Below, one piece after another: positions 40,014-51,646 of a stretch of 51,646 bases of DNA. A model generated the notes under the pieces. The model saw nothing but the letters and a program-made list of their open reading frames with translations, was not told the DNA's origin and searched no databases. The stretch is from Octopus sinensis (lineage: Eukaryota). The stretch is taken from positions 1-51,646 of the forward strand of contig NW_021835026.1 of the NCBI RefSeq assembly GCF_006345805.1, read 5' to 3'. The position numbers and the translations under genes are program-made. Each line of letters begins with the position of its first letter. Positions within the stretch are counted from its first letter, which is position 1.

Positions 40014-40286
40014 ATGCAGCTGAGAAACATTTTACAATCACAGTTTGAGAGCGTCTGGAGAGAGTCATTTTCTTTTTTTGCCTTATAATGTAACACACTC
40101 AACGGTAAAATTTCCACTTATTTCTTATTTTTATTTTCCTAAAATTTTCGTTGCGTCTTGCAACCTTTTCAATAGTCTTGATTCTGCCCGTTATTTACGC
40201 TGCGTTCCCTTTTGGGTTTGGGGGGGGGGTTACACATGTGTGTGGGCCAGTGTGCACGTGCCTATGCATGCATGCATGTACGTATG

Positions 40287-40320
<34 letters not shown>

Positions 40321-40525
40321 TGTATGTGTGTGTGTGTATGTGTGTAAGTATACATGTATGTGTATGCATATGTATGCATGCGTGTGCATCTGTATGTATG
40401 TATTCTGCATATTCATGTGCTTGCATGTCCGTGTATTTTCTATGTATGTATGTATGTGTGTGTGTGTGTGTGTGTGAGCACGTGTTTGTATATGTATGCA
40501 CCTCTGTCTCCTTGTGTGTGCATGT

Positions 40526-40562
<37 letters not shown>

Positions 40563-40597
40563 CTGCAACTATGTACTATGGATGTGCATCTCTATAT

Positions 40598-40813
40598 GGG
40601 CGGCGAGCTGGCAGAAACATTAGCACGCCGGGTGAAATGCGTGGCCGTATTTCGTCTGCCGTTACCTTCTGAGTTCAAATTCCGCCGAGGTCGACTTTGC
40701 CTTTCATCCTTTCAGGGTCGATAAATTAAGTACCAGTTGCGCAATGGGGTCGATATAATCGACATAATCCGTTTGTCTGTCCTTGTTTAGCCCCTTGTGG
40801 GTAGTAAAGAAAT
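40598..40813 (+). mobile_element. SINE family A monomer ending in the linker-type tail
   Basis: ggcggcgagctggcagaaacattagcacgcc .. agccccttgtgggtagtaaagaaata, followed by non-SINE flank. Confidence 0.93.
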
Positions 40814-41051
40814 ATATATGTGTGGACCTGTGTCTCGTATGTGTCCTTGTGTGGAGTAATGTGTGTGTTTCTGTTTAGTTATCCTTAAGCAGCAGCAGGT
40901 CTTTTTCGGCGAGAGTTGAAAGAAGACCAGCCCCTGCTACAACAACATTGTGTAACTCGATTGTTGTCCTTGGGTAGCTGCTGTTATTTCCTATTTGCTT
41001 ACCCCTAGAAAGTTTGAAAAATGGCTAACATTCCCATCAAACTTTGCTTTT

Positions 41052-41642
41052 GTTACATTTATTCAAACCTCAAAGAATCCCTCTCAACACATTGTTATAA
41101 CGCCCCCACTCCCATTATGAAGAAAGGCTGAGGACGCTCGACCTTTATTCTCTAGAAAAAGCGCCGCGTGGTGATCTCATTCTCGCTCACAACATCATAT
41201 GCGGAAGTGTAACCTCTCTAAAGAGCTGTTCTTCACTCCATGCTCCAGAGCGTCGGCTGCGGACGTCACTCCGAAAAGCTCTATCTGCGACGATTTCATC
41301 TCAATCGAAGGAGAGGGGCTTTCTCCGTCCGGGTTGCGGATCCGTGGTGGAACAGCTGCCAGGCGAGATGGTGAAGATTTGCCGACGACCGCTTGTGTTC
41401 AAAGTCTCCCTTGACCTCAAGTGGCCTGAACTCTTTACATGAAGACCACTCTGTACTTAACTCCATGTCCCCCTACATGGCCTTGCTATTTGCTTTTGAG
41501 CCAAAAATTAACTAACTAACTAATAAGTAACTACTCCTGCTCATGCTCAGAGATGCACATGTCAGCCGCCAAGGGACATGCTCAAGGGGTTAAGGTCAAG
41601 CAACTGGCAAGCAAATCTGTGGTATTGAGCAGAATATTTGCT
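41052..41642 (-). mobile_element. Fragment of the R4/Dong-tailed retroposon, split by a CR1 insertion
   Basis: 41052-41110 (attcaaacctcaaagaatccctctcaacac..ccccca) and 41530-41642 (ctactcctgctc..gcagaatatttgct) are consecutive in the intact copy at about 7786-7953. Confidence 0.8.
41112..41530 (+). mobile_element. 3' end of a CR1-clade LINE (frameshifted ORF2 C-terminus, UTR, (TAAC)n tail)
   Basis: Frames join to YEERLRTLDLYSLEKR..RGDLILAHNIICG..LSKELFFT..PERRLR.HSEKLYLRRFHLNRRRGAFSVRVADPW..KVSLDLKWPELFT* (stop at 41440-41442), the classic CR1 terminal motif. Tail aactaactaactaa. Confidence 0.88.
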
Positions 41643-42020
41643 AAGACGATATTTCTGCTTCAGTAACTCATTGCTGATTCTGTCTGAAATGCAATGGAAA
41701 ATAGATCAGTATCAAAATATTGATGTCCAGGTCACAAAAAGCAAAGTTTGAAGGGAATAGTAGTCATATCCTTTGATTTCTAGATAGAAGCAAATAGGAA
41801 ATAACACCAAAGACAAAAACTTGATACACACAGTAACAGTTATGAGTGATGTCGCTGAAGAATGTATGAAGAAAGTGTGTAAAACATATTGGAATATCAT
41901 TATCTACATGTATACTTCTGCTGCCATCATGAAGAAAAACCAAGAAGATATTTGCGACAACGTGCAGAAGCTAGGATTTACAAGCAGAGCAATAGACTAG
42001 TTAACATGAATTTTGCAGAA

Positions 42021-42178
42021 AAGTATGGCTGAGTGGAAAGAAGCTTGCTAGCCAACGACATGGTTCCGGGTTCAATCCCACTGCGCGGCATCTTGAGCAA
42101 GTGTCTTTTACATTAGCCTCGGACCGACCAAAGCCTTGTGAGTGGTTTTGGTAGACGGAAACTGAAAGAAGCCCATCG

Positions 42179-42209
<31 letters not shown>

Positions 42210-42447
42210 ATGTGTGTGTGTGTCTGTGTGTGGTGTGTTTGTATGTGTCTTTGTGTCTGTGTTTGTGACCATCCATCCAACTGGCGTTGGTGTGTTTATG
42301 TCCCCATAACTTAGTGGTTTGGCAAAAGAGCCGATAGAATAAGTACTAGGCTTACAAAGAATAAGTCCTGGAGTCGATTTCTTCGGCTAAAAGCCTTTAA
42401 GGCGGTGCTCTAACAAGGCAGCAGTCAAAAGACTAAAACGTGTAAAA
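42021..42447 (+). mobile_element. SINE family B, full length
   Basis: Head gtatggctgagtggaaagaagcttgc..ggttcaatccc; tail ggcggtgctc..gcagtcaaaagact. Confidence 0.92.
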
Positions 42448-42536
42448 ATAATATATAAAAGGAAGTAGAACAATAAAGATCTGCAAGACTTTCTTAAAGA
42501 AAGTATGTGACAATTACTATTGATGTCGTTAGAAAC

Positions 42537-42634
42537 TCTGCCGATGGAGCTTTTGGTCCTTTGTTATGAACCAAAAGCTCCATCGGCAGAATGAAGCCGC
42601 TGGTCCTTTGTTAAGAACCAGCGCCTTCATTCTG
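42537..42634. other. Two overlapping hairpins with near-identical 12-nt loops
   Basis: Hairpin 1: 42537-42557 pairs perfectly with 42570-42590 (21 bp), loop cctttgttatga. Hairpin 2: 42587-42604 pairs with 42617-42634 (18 bp, one C-C mismatch), loop cctttgttaaga. Confidence 0.9.
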
Positions 42635-42669
42635 GAATAAATATCAATAAATATACTCAAGAAAAAGAC

Positions 42670-42831
42670 ATACATACATACATATACATAGAAAAGATAC
42701 ATGCATGCATTCATAGACTCATACATACAAACAGGAATACACGTATGCATACGCCTACATACACAGAGATTTACATACATACATACATACATACGTACAT
42801 ACATACATACATACATACGTACATACATACA

Positions 42832-42865
<34 letters not shown>

Positions 42866-42875
42866 CATACATACA

Positions 42876-42909
<34 letters not shown>

Positions 42910-42911
42910 CA

Positions 42912-42945
<34 letters not shown>

Positions 42946-43040
42946 CATACATACATACATACATGCATACATACATACATACATACATACATACATACAT
43001 ACATACATACATAACATACATATATACATACATACATATA

Positions 43041-43074
<34 letters not shown>

Positions 43075-43300
43075 CATACATACATACATACATGCATACA
43101 TACCTACATACATACATACATACATACATACATACATACATGCATACATACATACATACATACATACCTATATACATATATATATGTATATATATGCATC
43201 CATATATGCATCCATACACACATACATGCACATACATAAGGGCATACACACATACACACATACGTACACGCATGCACACATAATACATACATGCATACAA
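42670..43300. repeat. (TACA)n array
   Basis: Directly visible. Confidence 0.97.
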
Positions 43301-43305
43301 ACTAC

Positions 43306-43536
43306 AAGGCGGTGAGATGGCAGAAACGTTAGCACGCCGGACGAAATGCTTAGCTGTATTTCGTCTGCCGTTACGTTCTGAGTTCAAATTCCGCCGAGGT
43401 CGACTTTGCCTTTCATCCTTTCGGGGTCGATAAATAAAGTACCAGTTACGCACTGGGGTCGATGTAATCGACTTAATCCGTTTGTCTGTCTTGTTTGTCC
43501 CTCTATGTTTAGCCCCTTGTGGGTAGTAAAGAAATA
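43306..43536 (+). mobile_element. SINE family A monomer ending in the linker-type tail
   Basis: aaggcggtgagatggcagaaacgttagcacgcc .. ccccttgtgggtagtaaagaaata. Confidence 0.93.
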
Positions 43537-43929
43537 TAATACAAACATACATTTATTCTCACGTATACACACATACATACACATACACACATACACACAC
43601 ATACATACACACATACATACACACATACATACACACATACATACATACATACATACATACATACATACATACATACATACATACATACATACACACACAT
43701 ACATACATACATACATACATATATACATACATACATACATACACACACACATACATACATATATACACACACAGACAATCATAGTCACACACTCACACAT
43801 TACCATCTGTCATATTACACATGGCTGACATCACAAGAATTAGGTTATCTGCAGACTTCGACATTTTCTACAGAATCACTACACACACGTTTCACTTTTG
43901 TCCTATTTCGTCTTCATCTGTTTTTTCTC

Positions 43930-44320
43930 TCCCCCTCTCTTCTTCTTCTTCTTCTTCTTTTTCTCCTTCTTCTTCTCCTTCTTCTTCTTCTTTTTCTTCG
44001 TCTTCTTCTTCTCCTTCTTCTCCTTCTTCTTCTTCTTCTTCTTCTCCTTCTTCTTCTCCCTCTTTTTCTTCTTCTTTTTCTTCTTCTTCTTCTTCCTCTT
44101 CTTCTCCTTCTTCTTCTTCTTCTCCTTCTTCTTCTTCTCCTTCTTCTTCTCCTTCTCCTTCTTCTTCTCCTTCTCCTTCTTCTTCGTCTTCTTCTTCTTC
44201 TCCTTCTTCTTCTTCTTCTTCTTCTTCTTCTTCTTCTTCTTCTCCTCCTCCCCCTTCTCCCCCTCCTCCTTCTCCCCCTTCTCCCCCTCCTTCTTCTTTT
44301 TCATCATCATCATCATCTAA
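43930..44320. repeat. (TTC/TCC)n polypyrimidine-polypurine tract
   Basis: Directly visible; gives poly-Glu/Lys/Ser/Phe pseudo-ORFs. Confidence 0.97.
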
Positions 44321-44377
44321 GTCAACCACGCAGATGCGACACCCGATATAGTCTTTGTGGTATTAACACTGAAGATG

Positions 44378-44417
<40 letters not shown>

Positions 44418-44419
44418 CC

Positions 44420-44825
44420 TAAGTAGTTGTCTGCAAATATGTCAAGCTCGCTTTGTAACAACGAGGTTTAGTGTTCAGCCCCACGGGGCGACACCTTGGA
44501 CAAATATCTTCTACTCTCGCCCTAGGGGCTGACCATTGCCTTGTGAGTTTATTTAGTAAACAGAAACTGTACGGAAGCCTGTGGTATGTATGTGTATTGT
44601 GTGCCTGCTTGTGTGTGTGTGTGTGAATTTCCTCTGCTACTAATTGATAATCGATGTTGGTTCGTTTACGTCCCCGTAATCGATCGGCTGATCGATAGAA
44701 TATATACCAGACCTAGAATAACAAAAACAAACAAAAATAATACTGGGATAGATTAGTTCTTCGAAAATCCTTCAAAGCGATGCTACAGCATGGCCGCAGT
44801 CCAATAACAGAAACAAATGAAAGAA
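44420..44825 (+). mobile_element. Old, diverged SINE family B copy
   Basis: gacaccttggacaaatatcttctact..gaaactgtacggaagcc..tttacgtccccgtaa..cagcatggccgcagtcc. Confidence 0.75.
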
Positions 44826-45339
44826 GATTAAATGATTACAAATAAGGGGAGATAACACAAGGGCAATATGGAACTGCCATGAATGCCACAACTTCTCCTT
44901 GCTGTAATATTGGTTTCTACAGAAAGTAAGTTGTTTAGCCCCAGATTAAACATCTTGTTCATTCATTATCAGAGCGTTCCAGCCATGACCGTATCATCTT
45001 ATTTTATGGCATAGTGTACCTAGAAGTATATTACCGTACACATCCTTCCGTGATCTTTTTCTTTAGGTTATAATTTGAGATAGATCTAGCTGCTATTTTC
45101 AGCGATTCTAGAGACCACTTAGTGGTTCGCTCGTTGTAGTTTGATAATATTATAATAATCATATCACAATAACCATTTAATATTTCATAGTGATATAATT
45201 ATGATAATCTTCTCTCGCTAATTTAACCAGATTCATTAGAATTATAATTGGTGAAAGTGAGAGAGAAGGGGGAGAGAGGAAGGGATAGAGATGGGGAAGG
45301 AGAGAGAAGTGGGAGTAGAGAGTGGAGGAAGAAAGAGAT

Positions 45340-45610
45340 CCGAACAACGGAACAGCCTAATCGTGAAATTAACGTGCAAGTGGCTGAGTACTCCACAGAC
45401 ACGCATACCCTTAAGATAGTTCTCAGGGAGATTCAACATGTGACAAGGCTGGCCCTTTGAGTTACAGGTACAATTCAATTTTGCCAGCTGAGTGGACAGG
45501 AGCAACGCGAAATAAAGTGTCTTGCTCAAGGACGCAACGCGTCGCCGGGAATTGAACTCACGACCTTACAATCGTGAGCCGAATGCCCTAACCACTAAGC
45601 CACGCACCTT
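45340..45610 (-). mobile_element. SINE family C with an alternative tail
   Basis: Minus strand gcgtggcttagtggttagggcattcggctcacg..gagttcaattcccggc..gtccttgagcaagacactttatttc..cactcagctggcaaaa, then a tail (aaagggccagccttgtcaca..) unlike that of 18162-18684. Confidence 0.85.
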
Positions 45611-46057
45611 CATTGATGTCTAGCAAGAAGTTAATCCTATTCTATTATCAAAGACGTTCCAGCCACGACCATCTCATCATTTTGTATATCCAACAAGGCA
45701 CTTTCCAATGTGCCATTCCTTGTATAAAACGATAAGATGTAATATGAGGAATATTCGGCTGCTATTTTGAGGTGGTCGAATATAGCGCTGTTGCCATTAT
45801 CACGACAATAGCAGCGTCCTGAATTCGCAAAAAATTAATCCCAAAATAGCAAAAACGCAAGAATTCCAGGAAGAATAGAAATAATTTGGACGGCAAAAGA
45901 AGAAGAAAAAATACAGTTTAAAAATGGTAAAAACAAAGATTTTAAAGACATGATGCGAAAATCAGTCCAATGAAGGCCCGAAGGCCAAATACAAGAATTG
46001 TAAAAATACAGCTAAAGTTAGCTTGACTCTGTTAAAAAAAAAAAAGAAAAGAACAGA

Positions 46058-46450
46058 AGGCACAGGAGTGGCTGTGTGGTAAGTAGCTTGCTAACCAACC
46101 ACATGGCTCCGTGTTCAGTCCCACTGCGTGGCACAGCCTCGGGCCGACCAAAGCCTTGTGAGTGGATTTGGTAGACGGAAACTGAAAGAAGCTCGTCGTA
46201 TATATGTATATATATATATATATATGCGTGTGTGTGTGTGTGTGTCTGTGTTTGTCCCCCTAGCATTGCTTGACAACTGATGCTGGTGTGTTTACGTCCC
46301 CGTCACATAGCGGTTCGGCAAAAGACACCGATAGAATAAGTACTGGGCTTACAAAAGAATAAGTCCCGGGGTCGAGTTGCTCAATTAAAAGCGGTGCTCC
46401 AGCATGGCCGCAGTCAAATGGCTGAAACAGGTAAAAAGAGAAAAAAAGAG
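46058..46450 (+). mobile_element. SINE family B, near full length with a short internal deletion
   Basis: aggcacaggagtggctgtgtggtaagtagcttgc .. cagcatggccgcagtcaaatggctgaaacagg. Confidence 0.95.
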
Positions 46451-47259
46451 AGAAGTTTTTAAATGGAAGCAAATTACAAGAATTTCAAAAGATGCTAGGC
46501 GTGGCAGACAAAGGTCAAAATTATTTGACAATTGGTAGCATAAAAGAATCCTGGAATGCATATCACCGATAGGTGCTGGATAAGAGCTTTTTCAGCAAAG
46601 TTAGGAGACCCCTTGTTCTCAATTCTCTAAAAATGGTTTAGCTTTCAATCACAGAACTCTCCCCACATTGGGTATATAAAACTATTCCATTTTCTGGTGC
46701 CAGATTCTCTAATGATAATAAAATATCTTTGTCAAATCTCCACCGAATTTGCCATCAATTCAGCGTCTTTTTTTAATTAATTTATTTAATTGTATATATA
46801 TATATATATATACCGGCTTTTAATTATCTTTTGTGTTTATTATATTTAAGTTTTTATTTATTTTATTATTGCTTTTGTTTACATTTTCTTTTTGTTTTGT
46901 TTTTTATTTTCTGTTATTAATGTTTTTATTACCTTGAAGCCTTCCCTTATTATTTTATTTGTTTTAATTTCCCTTATTTTCCGTTGTTTTATTGGTATTT
47001 TTTTACTCCCTCACAGTTTTGGTCATGAGTGTGCGCGCGTGTGTGTGTGTGCGTGTGAAACCGCGCGCGCATGTGTATGTGTGCGTGCGCATTTGTGTGT
47101 GTGTGTCTGTGTGTGGGTACACATCGGCTCAAATGTTTATTAAATATAATGTACGCATTTATATATGTATATATGTGTGTTTTGTGTGTGTGTTGTGTGT
47201 GTGTGTGCACGTGTGAGTGAGCGCCTGTGTGCGCGTATGTGTGCTTATACACACACACA

Positions 47260-47302
<43 letters not shown>

Positions 47303-47489
47303 AGTAGGTAAGTATACACATACATTGTTTTGTTTCTTCATCATCTGTGAAAGTTTCTGATTTTCTGATTTAATTAAGATGGCGTGGAATAAGAATACAC
47401 ACACACACACGCAGACCATATATGTACATACACACACACAATATATGTACATGCACACACACACACACCACATAATATACATATATACA

Positions 47490-47571
<82 letters not shown>

Positions 47572-47614
47572 CATATTATATACATATATATTTATATATA
47601 CATATATACATATA

Positions 47615-47656
<42 letters not shown>

Positions 47657-47910
47657 ATATATATAAATGTATATAATATACACACACATACATATATATA
47701 TATATACATATTATGTACGTATATATTCATATATATATATATATATATATATACACACGCATATATACATGTATGTATATATATATTGTAATATATACAT
47801 ATATATACATACATGTATATGTGTTATAGTGATATATATATACATATATATATATACATACATATATATATATATACACATATATATATATACACATATA
47901 TATATATGTT
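47260..47910. repeat. (TA)/(CA) compound microsatellite; a similar tract lies at 48480-49060
   Basis: Directly visible. Confidence 0.95.
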
Positions 47911-48031
47911 CATGTATACGTTTTGGAGAACAATGTGACCGACACAGATAACCAACGAAGATTACATTGCTTTCTAAGATCAATGAGAATGTCGTTATTT
48001 CGGTTATTCCTGCAAACTAATGAAATACTAG

Positions 48032-48064
<33 letters not shown>

Positions 48065-49380
48065 GCAGCAGCAGCAGTAGCAGCAGAAGCAGCAGCAAGA
48101 ACAAGCTATTATGGAAATTGTCTGTTAATAGACATAAAGTAGGAAGAAGAAGAATGGGAGGAGGTGGAGGAGGTGGAGGGGGCAAGGGGTGAATGATAGA
48201 AGATGAGGGAGGAGAGGAGAGGAGAGGTAGGAGTATATGACAAGAGATCAGTCTGGTGATTGGCTTTTTTTGTTTTTTGTTTTTGTTTTTTCCTTTTCGG
48301 TTTGAGCTGTTGCTTTTCAATTTAACACATATTTCATTAAGATAGTGTTTAATAATGAAACTGTGTCTAGTGTCGTGGATGCTGGTGTTGTCATTATGGA
48401 TGGTGGTGTTGGTGGTGTTGGCGGTGTACTTCCTCTCGAGTAAGAGTATCAGAGGATAAATAGGCGCATATAAAGAGGATTCATATATATATATATATGT
48501 CTGTGTGTGTGTGTGTATGTGTGTGTGTGTATGTAAGTATGTATGCATGTTTACGTATATATATTATATATATGTATGTAAGTATGTATGTATATGTATG
48601 TATATGTATGTGTGTGTGTACATATGAATATATGCATGTATGCATGTATATATATATACATGTATGTATATATATATATGTATGCATATATATATTCATA
48701 TTTACATGTATGTATATATGTATATATATATATGTATATATGTATATATATATATATGTATATATTATATATATATATGCATATATTATATATATATATA
48801 TATATCCATATTTACATGTATGTATATATGTATATATATTATAGACGGATGGGTAAGTAGGTATGTAGGTATTTAGGTAGGCGGTTATATTGGTGGATAT
48901 TTAGACATTTACATACATACATACACACACAAATACATACATACATACACACATACATACATACATATATACACACACATACACATCAATACATACACAC
49001 ATACATAAGATAGTGTTTATTAATACATACATACATACATACATACATACATACATACATAGTGCCAGACCTCAGTTTCTGATAGGTTCTTGGAAATGCG
49101 TCCTTGACTGAAACGACATGAAACGAAACCAATTCTACCGTCGACATAAGGATTCAAACAAGAGCTACATTCCAAGTCACAAATCAACACCAAAAGAATT
49201 TCCAATATTATAGGTACACTAAAATGTGCGTGAGTGTGCGTGTGTGTGCGGTACACACATTTAAGAAAGAGTGATAAAAACTAATAGCATAATTAATTAT
49301 ATCAAAGCATATCAATGTTTATCGTCATGCATTTTCTTCTTCAACTTGTATGATTCCTTGCAACAGTTCTGTCCATTCTT

Positions 49381-50030
49381 TATCCGGACAAACGTAAATT
49401 TGTTCGTCATTAGGTTCGGAGTTCAAATTCCGCCGAGGTCAACAAGACCCTCTCTCAAAATGTCAGGCCGTGTGCATAGGATTATCATTAGGCGGGGGAG
49501 CTGGCAAAATCGTTAGCACGCCGGACAAAGCGCTTAACGTAAATTTGTCCGTCCTTAGGTTTTTTAGTGCAAATTCCACCGAGGTCGACTGGGCTCTCTC
49601 CCACAATTTCAGGCCGTGTGCAAAGGGTTATCATTAGACGGGCGAGCTGGCAGAATCGTTAGCACGCCGGGCGTATTTCGTCCGTATTTCGTCTGCCGTT
49701 AAGTTCTGAGTTCAAATTCCGCAGAGGTCGACTTTGCCTATCATCCTTTCGAGTATCGATTAAATAAGTACCAGTTACGCACTGGGATCGATATAATCGA
49801 CTTAATCCGTTTGTCTGTCCTTGTTTGTCCTCTCTGTGTTTAGCCCCCTGTAGGTAGTAAAGAAATAGGTATTTCGCCCATCGCTAAGTTTTGAGTTCAA
49901 ATCCCACCGAGGTCGACTTTGCCTTTCATCCTTTCGGGGTTGATAAATTAAGTACCAGTTGAACACTGGGGTTAATGTAATCGACCTCATCCCTTCCCCC
50001 AAGCTGCCCTTGTGGCAAAAATTTGAAATC
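49381..50030 (+). mobile_element. SINE family A cluster: two internally deleted tandem units, then head-core-linker-core-tail
   Basis: Deleted units both end tcaggccgtgtgca.agg.ttatcatta (49462-49490, 49609-49635); linker about 49805-49867; tail cccttcccccaagctgcccttgtggcaaaaatttgaaatc. Confidence 0.9.
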
Positions 50031-50106
50031 ATTGTTCTATCTACTTCATTTCTCTTGCCAGAGTTTCTCTTACATTTAGAGAATGTTTATAACTAACTGG
50101 GTACAC

Positions 50107-51021
50107 CACGGGTCACCAAACTTTTTACACCATTGACCTCTTTCATAGAATCGTTGAAAACTTATCGATCCCCTTCTTGTAAATTTGGAAAAATAAGATT
50201 AAAGAAAAAGTAATTAATAAGAAAATTCTTTGATTTAAAAATAGCAATTCCTTCGTTCTTTTGAGTCATTACCGCTTTTTAAGAAAAAAAATTAATGAAA
50301 ATATTTGGCGAAATTGATAAATAACCATAAACAATCAGTCACAGTATAATGATGGAGTCGGAATATCTTACATGAAATACGTGTTTGGCGAATGCCACAC
50401 ACATTGTATTGATGTTTGACTGGAAATTAATAGGTTTTAGCTTAGAATTACCGCACTAATCCTAATTCAGTTTGCTAATAATTTAGTACAGTATAGGCGT
50501 AGGAGTGGCTGTGTGGTAAGCAGCTTGCTTACGAACCACATGGTTCCGGGTTCAGTCCCAATGCGTGGCACCTTGGGCAAGTATCTTCTACTATAGCCTC
50601 GAGCCGACCAAAGCTTTGTGAGTGTATTTGGTAGACGGAAACTGAAAGAAGCCCGTCGTATATATGTGTATATATATATGTATGTCTGTGTATATGTTTG
50701 TGTGTCTGTGTTTTTCCCCTCAACATCGCTTGACAACTGATGCTAGTGTGTTTACGTCCCCGTAACTTAGCGGTTCGGCAAAAAAGAGACCGATAGAATA
50801 AGTACTAGGCTTACAAAGAATAAGTCCTGCGGTCGATTTGTTCGACTAAAGGCGGTGCTCCAGCATAGCCACAGTCACATGACAGAAACAAGTAAAAGAG
50901 TAAAACAGTAAAACAGTGCCCTTAGCGTTCAAAACCGTTATCGGTGTTTATCGACCCTTTGGGTGTTAACCTCAAAGGCACTCCAGGGGTTAGTTAATAC
51001 TGGCCACTTTACTGACCACCC
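50107..51021. mobile_element. Possible old hAT-type MITE hosting a SINE-B insertion
   Basis: The left end cacgggtcaccaaacttttt resembles hAT/Charlie-type termini (CAGGGGTCNCCAAACTTTT); there is a weak inverted match cactttactgaccac at about 51005-51020; no TSD found. Confidence 0.3.
50494..50916 (+). mobile_element. SINE family B, full length
   Basis: taggcgtaggagtggctgtgtggtaagcagcttgc .. gacagaaacaagtaaaagagtaaaacagtaaaacag. Confidence 0.95.
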
Positions 51022-51608
51022 TTCCACCCGGGTCGCACACTTACTCATTATCTATTTCTCCAGATGCCATACATTTTCCAAACTTTAAGTATGCCTTCTA
51101 CTTCGCTACATCTTCAATCTTAAAAAAAATAAAATGTCTTCTCAATCACACGAGCATCTATCTGTACGATTTAGGATTTCTTCAAATACAAAATTGGATT
51201 TATTAGCTTATAGAGTGATATCATCCATTTAACTTATTCTTTGCGTTCCCTTCTCCATTTAAATTCTGCATAAATGTCGTGAGTGCAATCTCTACACATC
51301 TCGTTCTACGAATTTACTTCGCGTTATCTTCATTTACTAGCCTACTCTCATTACACAGTTAGCCACTCTATATATATATATACGTATCAGAGTTTATTTG
51401 ATTTGATTAAAAATTTCACTGGTTTTAGATTATCTTAACATGATTTTCTTTCTTATCCTGTTTTGTCGACATAACTAAGAATTTAAGAAGTCCTAACTAT
51501 TGTGTGTGAGTGTTTGTGTGTGTGTGTGTGTGTGCGTGTGTGTGTGTGTTTGTGTGCGTGTGTGTGTGCGTGCGTGTTTGTCTGTATGTATATATATGTA
51601 TAAATATA

Positions 51609-51642
<34 letters not shown>

Positions 51643-51646
51643 ATAT

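Noticed and set aside
43821-44351. Acidic poly-Glu and poly-Ser/Lys ORFs
   Set aside because: (TTC/TCC)n tract open in several frames on both strands, with no non-repetitive coding context.

Overview
Eukaryotic, extremely microsatellite- and retroposon-dense DNA. It is very likely a coleoid cephalopod (Octopus-like); this is inferred from the SINE families and repeat landscape, not proven. I found no intact host gene, RNA gene or CRISPR array. Nearly all ORFs in the supplied track are translations of (TA)n, (CA)n, (TACA)n, (AAT)n, (CAT)n, (GGT)n or (TTC)n tracts, or of a 36-bp minisatellite, so the window is probably intronic or intergenic. Interpretable content: about 30 copies or fragments of four tRNA-derived SINE families (my labels A-D); decayed 3' ends of Tx1/L1-, R4/Dong- and CR1-type LINEs; a hAT transposase remnant; several MITE/foldback-like inverted-repeat elements; a Helentron/HINE-like element; a 3.3-kb 36-bp minisatellite; and a three-copy ~830-bp tandem array. 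Best leads: (1) a Tx1-like LINE inserted in a (GATA)n array with an apparent ~200-bp target-site duplication; (2) its 3'-terminal ~50 nt is shared with the linker that joins SINE-A concatemers across the window, suggesting a Tx1-dependent SINE system; (3) two adjacent near-perfect hairpins with the same loop but unrelated stems at 42537-42634. Family names come from motif recognition, not database searches. Coordinates were counted by hand and may be off by a few bases.
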